From positions 77,020 through 141,019 of the forward strand of contig CAYZOT010000004.1 in the NCBI GenBank assembly GCA_964480515.1: a stretch of 64,000 nucleotides of DNA, read 5' to 3'. The notes below the pieces were generated by a model, which was not told where the DNA came from, did no database searches, and was given only the letters and a program-made list of their open reading frames with translations. Origin of the DNA: an uncultured Gemmatimonadota bacterium (GTDB lineage: Bacteria > Gemmatimonadota > Gemmatimonadetes > Palauibacterales > Palauibacteraceae). Position 1 is the stretch's first letter. Every line of letters begins with the position of its first letter. Positions 47,607-58,040 of this stretch are shown one piece after another. The position numbers and the translations under genes were made by a program.

Positions 47607-49283
47607 ATGAGCAATAATAGGTGGCATTTACGGTGCATGATGATTGTCGGACTCATGTTGTTTGTTGGCGGATGTCAAGAAAATTCGATTCCGTCAGATG
47701 CACTTGATGGTATAGATCCCGTCGGACTCGCCAAACATATTCGAACGCTTTCCTCAGATGCATTTGAAGGCCGCAAACCCACGTCGCGAGGTGAGGATCT
47801 CACGATTGAATACATGACTCGGACCTTCGAAGGTCTTGGGCTTGAGCCGGGGAATGGAACCTCTTGGGTTCAGGAAGTCCCCATGGTCTCTATTACATCT
47901 GATCCGCAGATGACACTTACAATCGAGCGAGATGAAGGGGCACGCAATTTTTCTTATGGATCTGACTTTGTAGCGTGGACCCAACGCGTCATCGATATGA
48001 GCGTGATTCGGGAGTCCGAAATGGTTTTCGTTGGATACGGGATCGTGGCCCCTGAATATGGGTGGAATGATTATGAGGGGATTGATGTGCGCGGGAAAAC
48101 GGTCATTGTGCTGGTTAATGATCCGGGATTTGTAACCGATAGTGTGGGTCAGTTTAATGGTCGGTCCATGACCTACTATGGGAGATGGAGCTACAAATAC
48201 GAGGAGGCTGCACGGCAGGGTGCAGCTGGCGTCTTCATTGTTCACGAAACTGAAGCGGCTGGTTACCCATGGGAAGTTGTAGTGGGCAGTTGGTCCGGGC
48301 CTCAGTTCGGACTCGTTACAGAGGATGCGAACCTGTCGAGGCCCAGTATTGAAGGGTGGCTTACCCGAACAGCTGCAGTAGAACTCTTCGCATATGCGGG
48401 GCTCACTTTTTCCGAATTCGAGGAACGTGCGGTCTACGGGGACTTTCAAGCTGCATCGCTTAATGTTCGAGCCAATATCGCTATCCAAACCCGAGTAGAA
48501 CGTTCGATTTCGAACAATGTTGCGGGTCGGATCATGGGATCACAACGACCTGATGAGGTTGTTGTCTACATCGCACACTGGGATCATTTGGGTCGTGATG
48601 AGAGCTTGGAGGGTGACCAGATTTTCAACGGCGCTCTCGACAACGCCACGGGGACTGCGGGGCTCATTGAGGTTGCCGAAGCATTTACCTTACTCGATCC
48701 ACCTCCTGCCCGTTCGGTCTTGTTTTTAGCTGTCACTGCAGAAGAACAGGGGCTTCTGGGTTCTGCGTACTATAGTGATTCCCCGCTTTACCCTCTGAAC
48801 AAGACGGTAGCAGCGATCAATATGGACGGCCTAAACACCTTAGGCCCAACGAATGACATCACGATCATTGGGCTTGGAAACTCCGAGCTTGATGCCTATC
48901 TGGAAACCGCTTCTTCCGCTCATGGTCGTGTAGTAAAAGCCGACCCGGAACCTGAGAAAGGTTATTTTTATCGGTCGGACCATTTCAATTTCGCAAAGCA
49001 CGGGGTGCCGGCCCTCTACACACATGCAGGTATCGACCACGTGGAACTGGGTGAACAGTATGGGCGCGACATGCGTCGAAAGTACGTTGCGGAACGCTAC
49101 CATAAGCCAACTGACGAATACAACGGAACGTGGGATTTGGACGGCGCCGTGGATGACCTTCGTTTGCTGTTTGAAGTGGGGTACCGGCTAGCCCAGGGAT
49201 CGGACTGGCCAAATTGGGCCGAAGATAATGAATTTCGTGCCGCGCGAGATCAGATGATGGATGATGTGAGAAGCAATAACTGA
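47607..49283 (+). CDS. M28-family aminopeptidase with PA domain
   Basis: Signal peptide; HWDHLG ... DNATGTAGLIEVAEAF ... EEQGLLGS zinc-ligand motifs. Confidence 0.75.
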   Translation: MSNNRWHLRCMMIVGLMLFVGGCQENSIPSDALDGIDPVGLAKHIRTLSSDAFEGRKPTSRGEDLTIEYMTRTFEGLGLEPGNGTSWVQEVPMVSITSDPQMTLTIERDEGARNFSYGSDFVAWTQRVIDMSVIRESEMVFVGYGIVAPEYGWNDYEGIDVRGKTVIVLVNDPGFVTDSVGQFNGRSMTYYGRWSYKYEEAARQGAAGVFIVHETEAAGYPWEVVVGSWSGPQFGLVTEDANLSRPSIEGWLTRTAAVELFAYAGLTFSEFEERAVYGDFQAASLNVRANIAIQTRVERSISNNVAGRIMGSQRPDEVVVYIAHWDHLGRDESLEGDQIFNGALDNATGTAGLIEVAEAFTLLDPPPARSVLFLAVTAEEQGLLGSAYYSDSPLYPLNKTVAAINMDGLNTLGPTNDITIIGLGNSELDAYLETASSAHGRVVKADPEPEKGYFYRSDHFNFAKHGVPALYTHAGIDHVELGEQYGRDMRRKYVAERYHKPTDEYNGTWDLDGAVDDLRLLFEVGYRLAQGSDWPNWAEDNEFRAARDQMMDDVRSNN

Positions 49284-49421
49284 CAGATCCTGGATCGAGG
49301 GTTTAAAACCATTTCGGTTTGAGGTGAAAGGGTCGCCAAATTCCCCAGAGGACTGGTCTGGCGACTCTAGGGCACTCGCTCATACCTTCGACTGTGTATC
49401 CCGCGCCACTAGGAGGTTTTC

Positions 49422-51005
49422 ATGTCCCGCACACGTTCGCCGGCCCTTATAAACGCTTTTCGATGCGCTATAGGTGGACTCTTCAGCTTGTTTATAGCGT
49501 TCGGTTCTGTGGTAGCCCAAGCCTACTCGCCCGTGTACCACGAGCATTCACAGCTCATTGTAAATCGAGGCAAGCAGGCCTTTATGCTTTGCAATGGGCT
49601 ATTTGTCTCAGGGCGGACAGTCGAACAGATATACGCGGAGGAACTCAAGCTGGGCTTGATGCCCATCCTGCCTCTTGGGAACGTCTCAATTGACATTGAA
49701 CTGAAGTCAGTGACTGTGGGAAGAGGTGATCACCGGACGAGCGCCAGTGGAGAGGCCACATTCACAGGGTTGAACGGGGCAGGTGTTGGGGATCCTGAGG
49801 TGCCAATCATGCGCGCCGTTTATCGTGAAGGTCTCGGGTGTATGACGCTTTCCCCGGCGCAAACGCTTGGCGATATAGATGAACTCCCCGAACTGACGTT
49901 GGCCCCACTACCAGGCGACCCGAGCCAGATTCCGTGGCCCGACGGAGACCTGGTCCCGGACAAGCCGTTTCCCAGCTATGTCGATCGAGGTGCACTAGAC
50001 GCGGCAGGCAACTGGGCTTTTGATCGCGTGAGCCACGGCGGACATGAATCGCAGATCACGCTTAGCCTCGTAGTGGTCCACAAAGGAGATATCCTCTACG
50101 AGCGTTATGGGCCGGGTGTGGATATGACGACGCGCACTCGCACATGGTCGACTGCCAAGAGCATCGCGAGCACGCTCATTGGAATTGCCACGGATAAGGG
50201 AATCCTTGAGCTTGACGAACCACTTCCCTGGGCTATGTGGAAGCCGGAACGACAGAATCCGGATCTCGCGGACCCGCGTCGCGAGATCACGCTTCGCCAT
50301 GCGCTCAACATGTCGAGCGGTCTTTATCCGGTGGACAATCGATTGTGCCCAATTATCGGATCTTGTTTGAGTTATTTTGCGGGTACCAGCTCAGTTGAGG
50401 GAGCGATCGACAGAGGCGTGATAGCTGAGCCCGGGACAATCTGGGACTATGAGAACTATGACACTCTGCTAGGAGTTCTCGCACTCAAAACGGTGCTTAG
50501 TGACAATCAAACTTATCTTGAGTTCCCTCGTGTAGCCCTGTTGGACAAGATCGGTATGCGAAGCACACTGCCCGGCGTTGATCGGTTCGGGGACTATGTA
50601 ATGTCGAGCCAGGTTTATACGAATGCGCGGGACCTCGCCCGCTTCGGGTTGCTTTACCTGAACAACGGGATTTGGAACGAGGAACGTATCCTGTCTGAGG
50701 AGTGGATTGAGTTTGTCCGAACGCCTGCCCCCGCAACTGAAAAGAGTGGACGCTTTTACGGCGGACAATTCTGGCTCCCGAATGATGATCGTTCCGATGT
50801 GCCTCAGGATGCGTATACCACTGCTGGAAACCGCGGCCAGTATGCGACCATCATCCCGTCATATGATCTAGTGATTGTACGACGTGGACTGGATTGGCAG
50901 CCTGAGCCGGGGACTGGTTTCTCGTGGGAAGATCTGGTGGTAGAAGTGATTAAAGCGTTCCCAGATCAGTCCTCGCCTGGAAAGTTCCTGGGTGGCGGCG
51001 AATAG
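49422..51005 (+). CDS. secreted serine hydrolase (beta-lactamase-related C-terminal domain)
   Basis: Signal peptide; S-x-x-K (STAK) and Y-x-N (YENY) motifs in the C-terminal half. Confidence 0.7.
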   Translation: MSRTRSPALINAFRCAIGGLFSLFIAFGSVVAQAYSPVYHEHSQLIVNRGKQAFMLCNGLFVSGRTVEQIYAEELKLGLMPILPLGNVSIDIELKSVTVGRGDHRTSASGEATFTGLNGAGVGDPEVPIMRAVYREGLGCMTLSPAQTLGDIDELPELTLAPLPGDPSQIPWPDGDLVPDKPFPSYVDRGALDAAGNWAFDRVSHGGHESQITLSLVVVHKGDILYERYGPGVDMTTRTRTWSTAKSIASTLIGIATDKGILELDEPLPWAMWKPERQNPDLADPRREITLRHALNMSSGLYPVDNRLCPIIGSCLSYFAGTSSVEGAIDRGVIAEPGTIWDYENYDTLLGVLALKTVLSDNQTYLEFPRVALLDKIGMRSTLPGVDRFGDYVMSSQVYTNARDLARFGLLYLNNGIWNEERILSEEWIEFVRTPAPATEKSGRFYGGQFWLPNDDRSDVPQDAYTTAGNRGQYATIIPSYDLVIVRRGLDWQPEPGTGFSWEDLVVEVIKAFPDQSSPGKFLGGGE

Positions 51006-51079
51006 ACTTGCTATGAATTGCTGATTTTACACATGGTAGGAACGTGGTGAAAATCGGAGGAGGGTGTGTCCTAGCGACT

Positions 51080-52720
51080 CTATCCCTTATCTAGGTCTTC
51101 CGGTAGTCCGAATCCACCTCCCCCTGGTGTATGGATCTGGACTACGGATCCTGATTTAACATCGATGCTTTCCTTGCCCCCAAGGAGGGTGTGCTCATCG
51201 GATGAGGGCGCAAGGACCGTATTCACTCCGGGCGCACCAGGTTGTCCTCCGGCTAAGCCGTAAGGTGAATGGACGCGGCGATCGCTTAAGATCGTGACTC
51301 GAGCGTCAGTTAGGATCTCAATCTCTCGTTCGATGCCATCCCCACCGCGATGTTCGCCCGCTCCCCCTGATCCCCGACGCACGGCGTATCGACGCATTCG
51401 ATACGGATATGCATGTTCGAGGGCCTCGATCGGCGTGTTGAGGCTGTTTGTCATATGACAGTGGGTAGCATCGAGTCCGGCAGCCAAGGGACGAGCTCCC
51501 ATCCCGCCAGCGATTGTCTCGTAATATGCAAAATGCTCGCCTGACCGAGGATCAATGCCCCCGATCGTCAGATTGCTCATGGTTCCATAACTGGCGGCAG
51601 GGATACGATCGGGTATGGCTTGGGCTAATGCTCCAAGCACCACATCAACAATTCGTTGGGATGTTTCGACGTTCCCGCCTGCCATTGCTGCAGGTTCTTG
51701 AGCATTCACTAGGGACCCTTCGGGTGCAATGATTTCGAGCGGTTGAATTGTGCCCCAATTTGAAGGGAGCGAGAAGGGGACGATCACACGAAAGCAGTAC
51801 ATGGTTGCCGAGAGTGTGATCGCGTAGTTCGCATTGACTGATCCCGCCGCCTGGGCACACGTTCCGGTGAAATCGACTCGTGCCGTATCATCATCAACTG
51901 TTAGGGTGACGATGATTGGGAGCGGTCCATTACCGAAGCCATCGTCATCCATCGCATCTTCGAAGCGATACTCACCATCGGGAATCCCCCGAATCGCCTC
52001 ACGCGTCATGCGCTCCGCATAGTTTTGGAGGTGACGCATATAGTTGTCGATCGTCTGGCGGCCATAGCGTTCTACGAGCCCGATAAGGCGGCGTGCTCCG
52101 GTCCGATTGGACGCAATTTGTGCAGTAAGGTCTCCCTCACGTTCGATCGGGGTTCGAACGTTTGCAAGCACGAGGTCAAGAATTTCACGATCTAAGGTGC
52201 CCGCACGAAGGAGCCGGACAGGCGGAATACGGATACCCTCCTGGAAGATCGAGTTTGCCAGCGGCATCGATCCTGGCGTCATTCCTCCCACGTCGGAATG
52301 GTGCGCTCGGTTCGCAACGTAGTAAGCGGGCTTTTCCTCGTCCTCCAAGAATACCCCTTCGACCATCGTGATGTCTGGAAGATGGGTGCCACCGGCGAAC
52401 GGATCGTTTACGAATACAACGTCGCCTGGGGCAAGCTCCACCTTTTCCATGGCGGCTTCAACGGATTTTGGCATGGAACCAAGATGAACTGGCATGTGGT
52501 CGCCTTGTGCGACCATCCGGCCTTTTCCATCGAAGATCGCGCACGAGTAATCGCGTCGCTCTTTAATGTTGGGAGAGAAAGAAGTCCGGCACAACGTAAC
52601 GCCCATCTCCTCAGCGACCGAATAAAAGAGGTTCCGGAAGACTTCGAGTGTGACTGGGTCCCAGGCTTGTTCCGTCATGAGGTCCCCAGCACCAGGCTTC
52701 CCCATTCGTCTATCTGACAC
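51080..52720 (-). CDS. hyuB: hydantoinase B/5-oxoprolinase family subunit
   Basis: DPFAGGTHLPD motif and overall HyuB pattern; overlaps the upstream hyuA. Confidence 0.8.
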   Translation of the reverse strand: MSDRRMGKPGAGDLMTEQAWDPVTLEVFRNLFYSVAEEMGVTLCRTSFSPNIKERRDYSCAIFDGKGRMVAQGDHMPVHLGSMPKSVEAAMEKVELAPGDVVFVNDPFAGGTHLPDITMVEGVFLEDEEKPAYYVANRAHHSDVGGMTPGSMPLANSIFQEGIRIPPVRLLRAGTLDREILDLVLANVRTPIEREGDLTAQIASNRTGARRLIGLVERYGRQTIDNYMRHLQNYAERMTREAIRGIPDGEYRFEDAMDDDGFGNGPLPIIVTLTVDDDTARVDFTGTCAQAAGSVNANYAITLSATMYCFRVIVPFSLPSNWGTIQPLEIIAPEGSLVNAQEPAAMAGGNVETSQRIVDVVLGALAQAIPDRIPAASYGTMSNLTIGGIDPRSGEHFAYYETIAGGMGARPLAAGLDATHCHMTNSLNTPIEALEHAYPYRMRRYAVRRGSGGAGEHRGGDGIEREIEILTDARVTILSDRRVHSPYGLAGGQPGAPGVNTVLAPSSDEHTLLGGKESIDVKSGSVVQIHTPGGGGFGLPEDLDKG

Positions 52721-54723
52721 GTAACTCCAGGTGGTACCAGCGTGGTTGTACTGTATTCAACTACGATTGCCGGTCCTTCGAAGGTGTGTCCCGCTCGGAG
52801 CCTATCTCGGTCGAGGAGAACTCCAGGACAGGGAACCCCATCGTACATGAAGGTTTTTGTTTCGATTACAGCTGCTGTCATATCGGAATCGTCGATGGGT
52901 TCAGTTCGCAGTTTGGGCGTATCCCTCGACGCTATGGCTCGGACTCGGATCGTTACGATCTCCGTTGGACGGGTCGTGTCAGCATATCCATACCGTCGTT
53001 CGTGAGCTGCGTGAAACCCAGAAATGAGCTTATCCTTCCAATCTGTACCCTCGCCGGCCGATTTATCAGAATCGTTAGGAGTAGCTGAGATGGCTAGTTC
53101 AAAGCCTTGTCCTACGTACCTGAGATCGGCAAGGCGTTCGAAACGAAGTGAGGAATCTGGAAATCCCTCGTCAGCTAATGCATGACGACCTTGTTCTTCC
53201 AGTGCGATAAACTCAGCCTCGAGGGTGTCGGCTTCCAAGCGAGCGGTTGGGACCATCAGAGTACGCGAGAAATCTCGGATCGGCTCAGCCATCAGCATCC
53301 CGAGCGCGGACAGCGTTCCGGCGCCCCGGGGTACGATTACTCGAGGGATCCCAAGAGACCTAGCGAGGTCCACGGCGTGTAATCCTCCAGCTCCCCCAAA
53401 GCACAGAAGTGAGAAGTCTCGCGGATCAAAACCACGCTCGAGTGAGATGACTCGAATTGCCCGTTCCATCGTGGCGTTCGCCACCCGTACTATACCTTCC
53501 GCCACCGCCACCGGATTAAGGTCAAACTCATCGGCGAGGTGTGAGATGATTGGCTCGACATTCTCGGCTATAAGCTGTTTGGCACCACCGAGAAAGTGTT
53601 CGGGAGACAATCGCCCGAGAAACAAATTGGCGTCCGTTACAGTTACATTGTTTCCGCCCTGCCCATAACAAATTGGCCCTGGGTCCGCTCCCGCACTATC
53701 TGGGCCGACACGTAGTGATCCCCCCGGATCCCGGCTCGCGATCGAACCTCCACCTGCTCCCACCGTGTGGATGTCGATTACCGGAACACGGATTGGTAAC
53801 CCTCCTATTTCTGCTTCAGAGGTACGGGTGAGTCCGCCTGCACATAGACTTACGTCGGTAGATGTGCCACCCATATCAAATGTGATGACGTGATCGTATC
53901 CGGCCATGCGGGCTATCTCGAAGCCTCCAACCGCCCCTCCTGCAGGACCTGAGAGTATGGTTTGGACCGCAAGTCGACTTGCGGTGTCGAGTGAAACCAC
54001 TCCTCCATTCGAAGCCATAATCCGAACCCGGTCGGAACCGAGCCGTTCACCCAGAGCAGTCAGATAACGCGACATTACAGGACCAACGAATGCATTTACT
54101 GTGGTCGTACTAGTGCGTTCATACTCGCGGAATTCGGGCAACACCTCATGTGAGGCAGTAACGAAAAGGGGTCGTGGGCTTTCGTTCGATCGGATGGCAT
54201 CGGCGAGCATGCGCTCGTGATCGGAATTTGCGTAAGAGTGGAGCAGGCAAATAGCGACCGATTCTGCGCCACTTTCGATCACTTTACAGACAGCCGCTTC
54301 GACCGACTGTCCGGCATTTTCGTTTCCACCGAGTTCTACTAAAACTTCTCCGCGTTCGTCGAGGCGTTCCTCAACACCGAAGCGACGCTCCGATGGTACT
54401 AATGGCTCAGGCTTCGTGACCGCAAGGTCATAAATTTCTCGTCGCGTTTGACGTCCGATTTCTATTACGTCTTCAAACCCGGCCGTGGTTAATAACGCGA
54501 CGGTGGCACCTTTCCGCTCGAGGAGAGAGTTGGTCGCTACCGTTGATCCGTGAATAATCTCAGAGTCAGGTCGTCCACCGTCTCCCAACAATTCCGTTAA
54601 TCCTTGGAGTACAGCTTGTGATGGATCTTCAGGTGTCGATGGCACCTTGTGAATCCGAATCTCATCCTTATCAACAACGACAAAATCCGTAAAAGTTCCG
54701 CCCGTATCGACCCCGATGATCAT
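52675..54723 (-). CDS. hyuA: hydantoinase A/5-oxoprolinase family subunit
   Basis: N-terminal IIGVDTGGTFTDFV ASKHA-fold ATPase motif; 682 aa. Confidence 0.8.
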   Translation of the reverse strand: MIIGVDTGGTFTDFVVVDKDEIRIHKVPSTPEDPSQAVLQGLTELLGDGGRPDSEIIHGSTVATNSLLERKGATVALLTTAGFEDVIEIGRQTRREIYDLAVTKPEPLVPSERRFGVEERLDERGEVLVELGGNENAGQSVEAAVCKVIESGAESVAICLLHSYANSDHERMLADAIRSNESPRPLFVTASHEVLPEFREYERTSTTTVNAFVGPVMSRYLTALGERLGSDRVRIMASNGGVVSLDTASRLAVQTILSGPAGGAVGGFEIARMAGYDHVITFDMGGTSTDVSLCAGGLTRTSEAEIGGLPIRVPVIDIHTVGAGGGSIASRDPGGSLRVGPDSAGADPGPICYGQGGNNVTVTDANLFLGRLSPEHFLGGAKQLIAENVEPIISHLADEFDLNPVAVAEGIVRVANATMERAIRVISLERGFDPRDFSLLCFGGAGGLHAVDLARSLGIPRVIVPRGAGTLSALGMLMAEPIRDFSRTLMVPTARLEADTLEAEFIALEEQGRHALADEGFPDSSLRFERLADLRYVGQGFELAISATPNDSDKSAGEGTDWKDKLISGFHAAHERRYGYADTTRPTEIVTIRVRAIASRDTPKLRTEPIDDSDMTAAVIETKTFMYDGVPCPGVLLDRDRLRAGHTFEGPAIVVEYSTTTLVPPGVTCQIDEWGSLVLGTS

Positions 54724-54751
54724 CGAACGTCAGCTGATTTGACGCAAAGGT

Positions 54752-56245
54752 TCAAGCGGGATCTCCCTCGTAGACAAAGCGCTCGACGGCACCATGGATT
54801 CTGGCGACGGTTTCTGGAGTGGGCGCGGCGGTGAACCGACTCACTGACCATGTTACGACAAAATTTGCCAGCAGTCCCCAGACGCCGCCATGAAGCCCTA
54901 GCGGGTGTGGATACGCTACCAATGTCAGGTAGAGGGTGATAAGACCGGCGCCGATGCCTGTTAAGACGCCGGCTTTTGTCGTCAGTCTTTTAGACGGGAA
55001 ACAGACACCGAGCACTGCGGGCATTAGCTGGAGTGCTCCTGATCCCGAGAAGGACACGAGGACTACGAGTCCTTGGAAAGTGTTCACCGAAAGTAGGTAT
55101 CCAATGCCCAGAAGCAGGACTACGATGAGACGCCCAATCAAGATGTAATGTTCGGGAGTAGCGTTGGTCCGAACGTAACGCTGATAAATGTCACGGGTGA
55201 GCACCGTCATGTTCGAGTGCAGGATCGAGTCAAGCGTGGACATTGCGGCTGCTGTAGCACCGGCGAGAATAGCACCTGTCAGCCACGCGGGTGCGTATGC
55301 GAACAACATCTCAGGGAAAATCCGATCGGGTACGGCTATGTCGGGCATGACCAAGGCTCCACCAAGTCCCACTAGTGCAGCCGGTATATAGAGTGTCATA
55401 AGATAGATAGGGGTCGTTGCGCCCAGCCACTTAATTGTCCGCCCTGAGACGGCTGTATAGTACCTAATCATGAGGTGGGGCTGGAAGACAATTCCGAACG
55501 AGAGGACCACGACCATCCCGAACCACATTCCCGGTGTAAAGAATCCCTGGGGGCCGGGTAGCGAGAGTAGGTCTGGACGCTCTATGGCGACACGTTTCCA
55601 CAGTTCAATAGGCCCTCCGAAAAGCTTGAAGGCCAATACGAGGGCTCCGACCCAAACCGCAATGTACATCCATATCCCTTGCACTACGTCGGTCCAATAG
55701 ACTGCACGAAGTCCGCCTACGATTAGATAACCGGCGGCAACGACGAGCAGTATTAATGTGCCGAGTTCGAGTGATATTCGATCTCCCGATGCCACCGACA
55801 AGATGTACCCGAGTCCCTGTGCTTGAACCTGGATGTAGAGAATTGTGAAGAGGACGGAGACCACAGCCGTTACGATACGTACTGAGTCCGACTCATAAAA
55901 ATCGGCTAAAAGATCTGCAGGTGTGATGTAACTGAAGTTTTTTCCCAACGCCCAGATACGGCTGCCAATTACGTAGGTGATGGCACCCACGAGTATCGTC
56001 CACGCTCCAGCAGCCCAGAACCCAATCCCATGTGTGTAGAAAAACCCGCCTGAGCCAAGAAAGGCAAATGCAGAGTGGTATGTGGCCACGACTGTAAGGT
56101 ACATGACCACGAAACCCGCTTGCCTCCCGTAGAGCAGGAAGTCCTCAAGGTCGACAGACATCCTTCGGTTTGCGACCACGCCAAGGACGATGGTCACGAG
56201 GAGATAGAGGAATATTAGGCCTGTTGCGATGACCCAGGGTTCCAC
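54752..56245 (-). CDS. sodium:solute symporter (SSS) family transporter
   Basis: ~13 TM helices, SSS-family pattern; upstream of hyuA on the same strand. Confidence 0.8.
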   Translation of the reverse strand: MEPWVIATGLIFLYLLVTIVLGVVANRRMSVDLEDFLLYGRQAGFVVMYLTVVATYHSAFAFLGSGGFFYTHGIGFWAAGAWTILVGAITYVIGSRIWALGKNFSYITPADLLADFYESDSVRIVTAVVSVLFTILYIQVQAQGLGYILSVASGDRISLELGTLILLVVAAGYLIVGGLRAVYWTDVVQGIWMYIAVWVGALVLAFKLFGGPIELWKRVAIERPDLLSLPGPQGFFTPGMWFGMVVVLSFGIVFQPHLMIRYYTAVSGRTIKWLGATTPIYLMTLYIPAALVGLGGALVMPDIAVPDRIFPEMLFAYAPAWLTGAILAGATAAAMSTLDSILHSNMTVLTRDIYQRYVRTNATPEHYILIGRLIVVLLLGIGYLLSVNTFQGLVVLVSFSGSGALQLMPAVLGVCFPSKRLTTKAGVLTGIGAGLITLYLTLVAYPHPLGLHGGVWGLLANFVVTWSVSRFTAAPTPETVARIHGAVERFVYEGDPA

Positions 56246-56334
56246 CGGTCAACCTCTCCCTTTTGTGGTGAACGTTTGGGCCAGGTTTAGGGTGGGGAAG
56301 TGGGTAGGCACCTCAGGTATCCCTTGTGATTCAC

Positions 56335-56559
56335 TCATAGTCTGTGTTTACGCGCCCATAGGAGCACGCCGATGAGGAGCCAATAGAACGCGAGAAGGTA
56401 TACGTATAGAAACGGAACTCCACCGATCCATGGTTCTACTCGGTTGCCAATCCAAAACACGAGTGGGGGCTGAGTGAATGCGAAAAGGAAAACAAAGCCC
56501 GCGACTGCGAGCCGTCCATTCCGCGTGCGTGGTATATAGTGTGATTGAAATCGTCGCAT
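56335..56559 (-). CDS. small two-TM membrane protein (DUF3311-like SSS-associated subunit)
   Basis: ~75 aa, two hydrophobic helices, immediately upstream of the SSS transporter. Confidence 0.4.
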   Translation of the reverse strand: MRRFQSHYIPRTRNGRLAVAGFVFLFAFTQPPLVFWIGNRVEPWIGGVPFLYVYLLAFYWLLIGVLLWARKHRL

Positions 56560-56611
56560 GGCCGGCCAAGCTACTCGTACTGAGTTCAAATACGCGAGGG
56601 GGGTCGAATTC

Positions 56612-57877
56612 CTATCGTTCTGATGGAGGTTCGTGCTTGTATACGTTTCCGTTCCTCATAACAAACGAAACGTGTTCGAGAGCCTCGATGTCTCTAGAGG
56701 GATCGCCCGTCACCGCGATCAGGTCGCCTGCTAAGCCCACTGCAACCGTTCCCACTTCACTCTCCAACCCTAAAGACTCGGCTGCGAGGCTTGTTGCAGA
56801 GATGATCGCCGCCATCGGTTCCTGCCCACCTTCTTGGACGCGATAGGCGAGCTCCACCCAATTTTTCCCGTGTGCTCCAGCTACCGCATCTGTTCCAAAT
56901 ACAATGTTTAGGCCCTCTACAGTGAGTGCCGTTCGGAATGCAGCAAGAGCTGTAGGGACCGCATCGCGCATCTGTTGAAATCCCTGCTCGGTGTAGTTGC
57001 CAATCCCGATGTAACGCGCTTGGTTCTGAAAATAGTTCTCGAAGATTAGATGAATATGCGGATCGAAGTACAGCCCGTGCGCAGACAGGATCTCAAGAGT
57101 TTCGTGGTCGAGCAATGCTCCGTGTTCGATCTGAGAGCAACCGGCGTTCGCAGCGCGTCGAGCACTTTCTGGCCCGTGAGCGTGCACAACCGCCCTGAGC
57201 TTGTGAGATTTGGCTTGCCCGCAGGCGGCGTCGAGTTGTTCCTGACTAAGGGTAGGTGACCCACCGACTCGGATACTGGCTGAGGCGAAGATCTTGATGA
57301 CGTCCGCTCCCGCTTCCGTTAGTTCATCGATACGCGTTCTAATTTGGGCAGGCCCACCTGACGCTTCCGTTATAGAACTGAGTGAAGTGATAATGCGTGG
57401 TCCGGGAAGTGATCCTTTCGCGACAGCTTCTCTGAGCGGCAAGTCCTCCCATCCCCCGAGACTCTGCACGGTGGTCACACCGCTCATTAACATCTTCCAT
57501 GCGTTCTCCGCGGCATACAATGCTTGGTCTTCTGCCCCGTCGGTAGATTCGGCGCTGTGTAGGCGCTCTGTGTCACGGTCAAAATGCCACCCAAGGTGGA
57601 CATGTGTATCGATGAGGCCAGGTAGCAGTGTTGTGCCGGTGAGCTCGTATACGGTGCCGCCAACCGTTTGGCCAACCTCGGTGATGTCGTCGATTCGTCC
57701 GTCTCGCACGACGATTTCCCGGTCAGTCCACGTTTGGCCAGTGCCATCGAGAATTCGATCCGCTCGGAGAACGATGAGACCACCTGCCGGTGATCCAGAG
57801 TTGCTAACCAGCGCCTCACCCGAACACGCAAGAAAAATCGTCGATAGTACTGTTGCGATAGCCATCGCTTGGTTCAT
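56612..57877 (-). CDS. amidohydrolase-family metal-dependent hydrolase (lipoprotein)
   Basis: Start at MNQAMAIATVLSTIFLACSGE (ATG in CATATG at 57875-57877); LIDTHVHLG metal motif. The ORF-track N-terminal 135-aa extension is low-complexity and has no SD context. Confidence 0.7.
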   Translation of the reverse strand: MNQAMAIATVLSTIFLACSGEALVSNSGSPAGGLIVLRADRILDGTGQTWTDREIVVRDGRIDDITEVGQTVGGTVYELTGTTLLPGLIDTHVHLGWHFDRDTERLHSAESTDGAEDQALYAAENAWKMLMSGVTTVQSLGGWEDLPLREAVAKGSLPGPRIITSLSSITEASGGPAQIRTRIDELTEAGADVIKIFASASIRVGGSPTLSQEQLDAACGQAKSHKLRAVVHAHGPESARRAANAGCSQIEHGALLDHETLEILSAHGLYFDPHIHLIFENYFQNQARYIGIGNYTEQGFQQMRDAVPTALAAFRTALTVEGLNIVFGTDAVAGAHGKNWVELAYRVQEGGQEPMAAIISATSLAAESLGLESEVGTVAVGLAGDLIAVTGDPSRDIEALEHVSFVMRNGNVYKHEPPSER

Positions 57878-58040
57878 ATGTCGAGCCTCCCGACCCAAAG
57901 GTGACGTCCCCAGCCTCTGTACGCACGGGTTTACCTGATGACGGATCACCAAGTTAGAGTGATAATACAGATGGCAGTTGAATTTCGACTTTCGGTTCGT
58001 TGAGTGCTGAGACCGATTCTTGAAAAGAAAGGGACAATCT

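Noticed and set aside
49283-49421. Inverted repeat GTCGCCA...TGGCGAC after the M28 peptidase gene as a terminator
   Set aside because: 7-bp stem separated by a ~22-nt loop and no following U-tract. Too weak to call.
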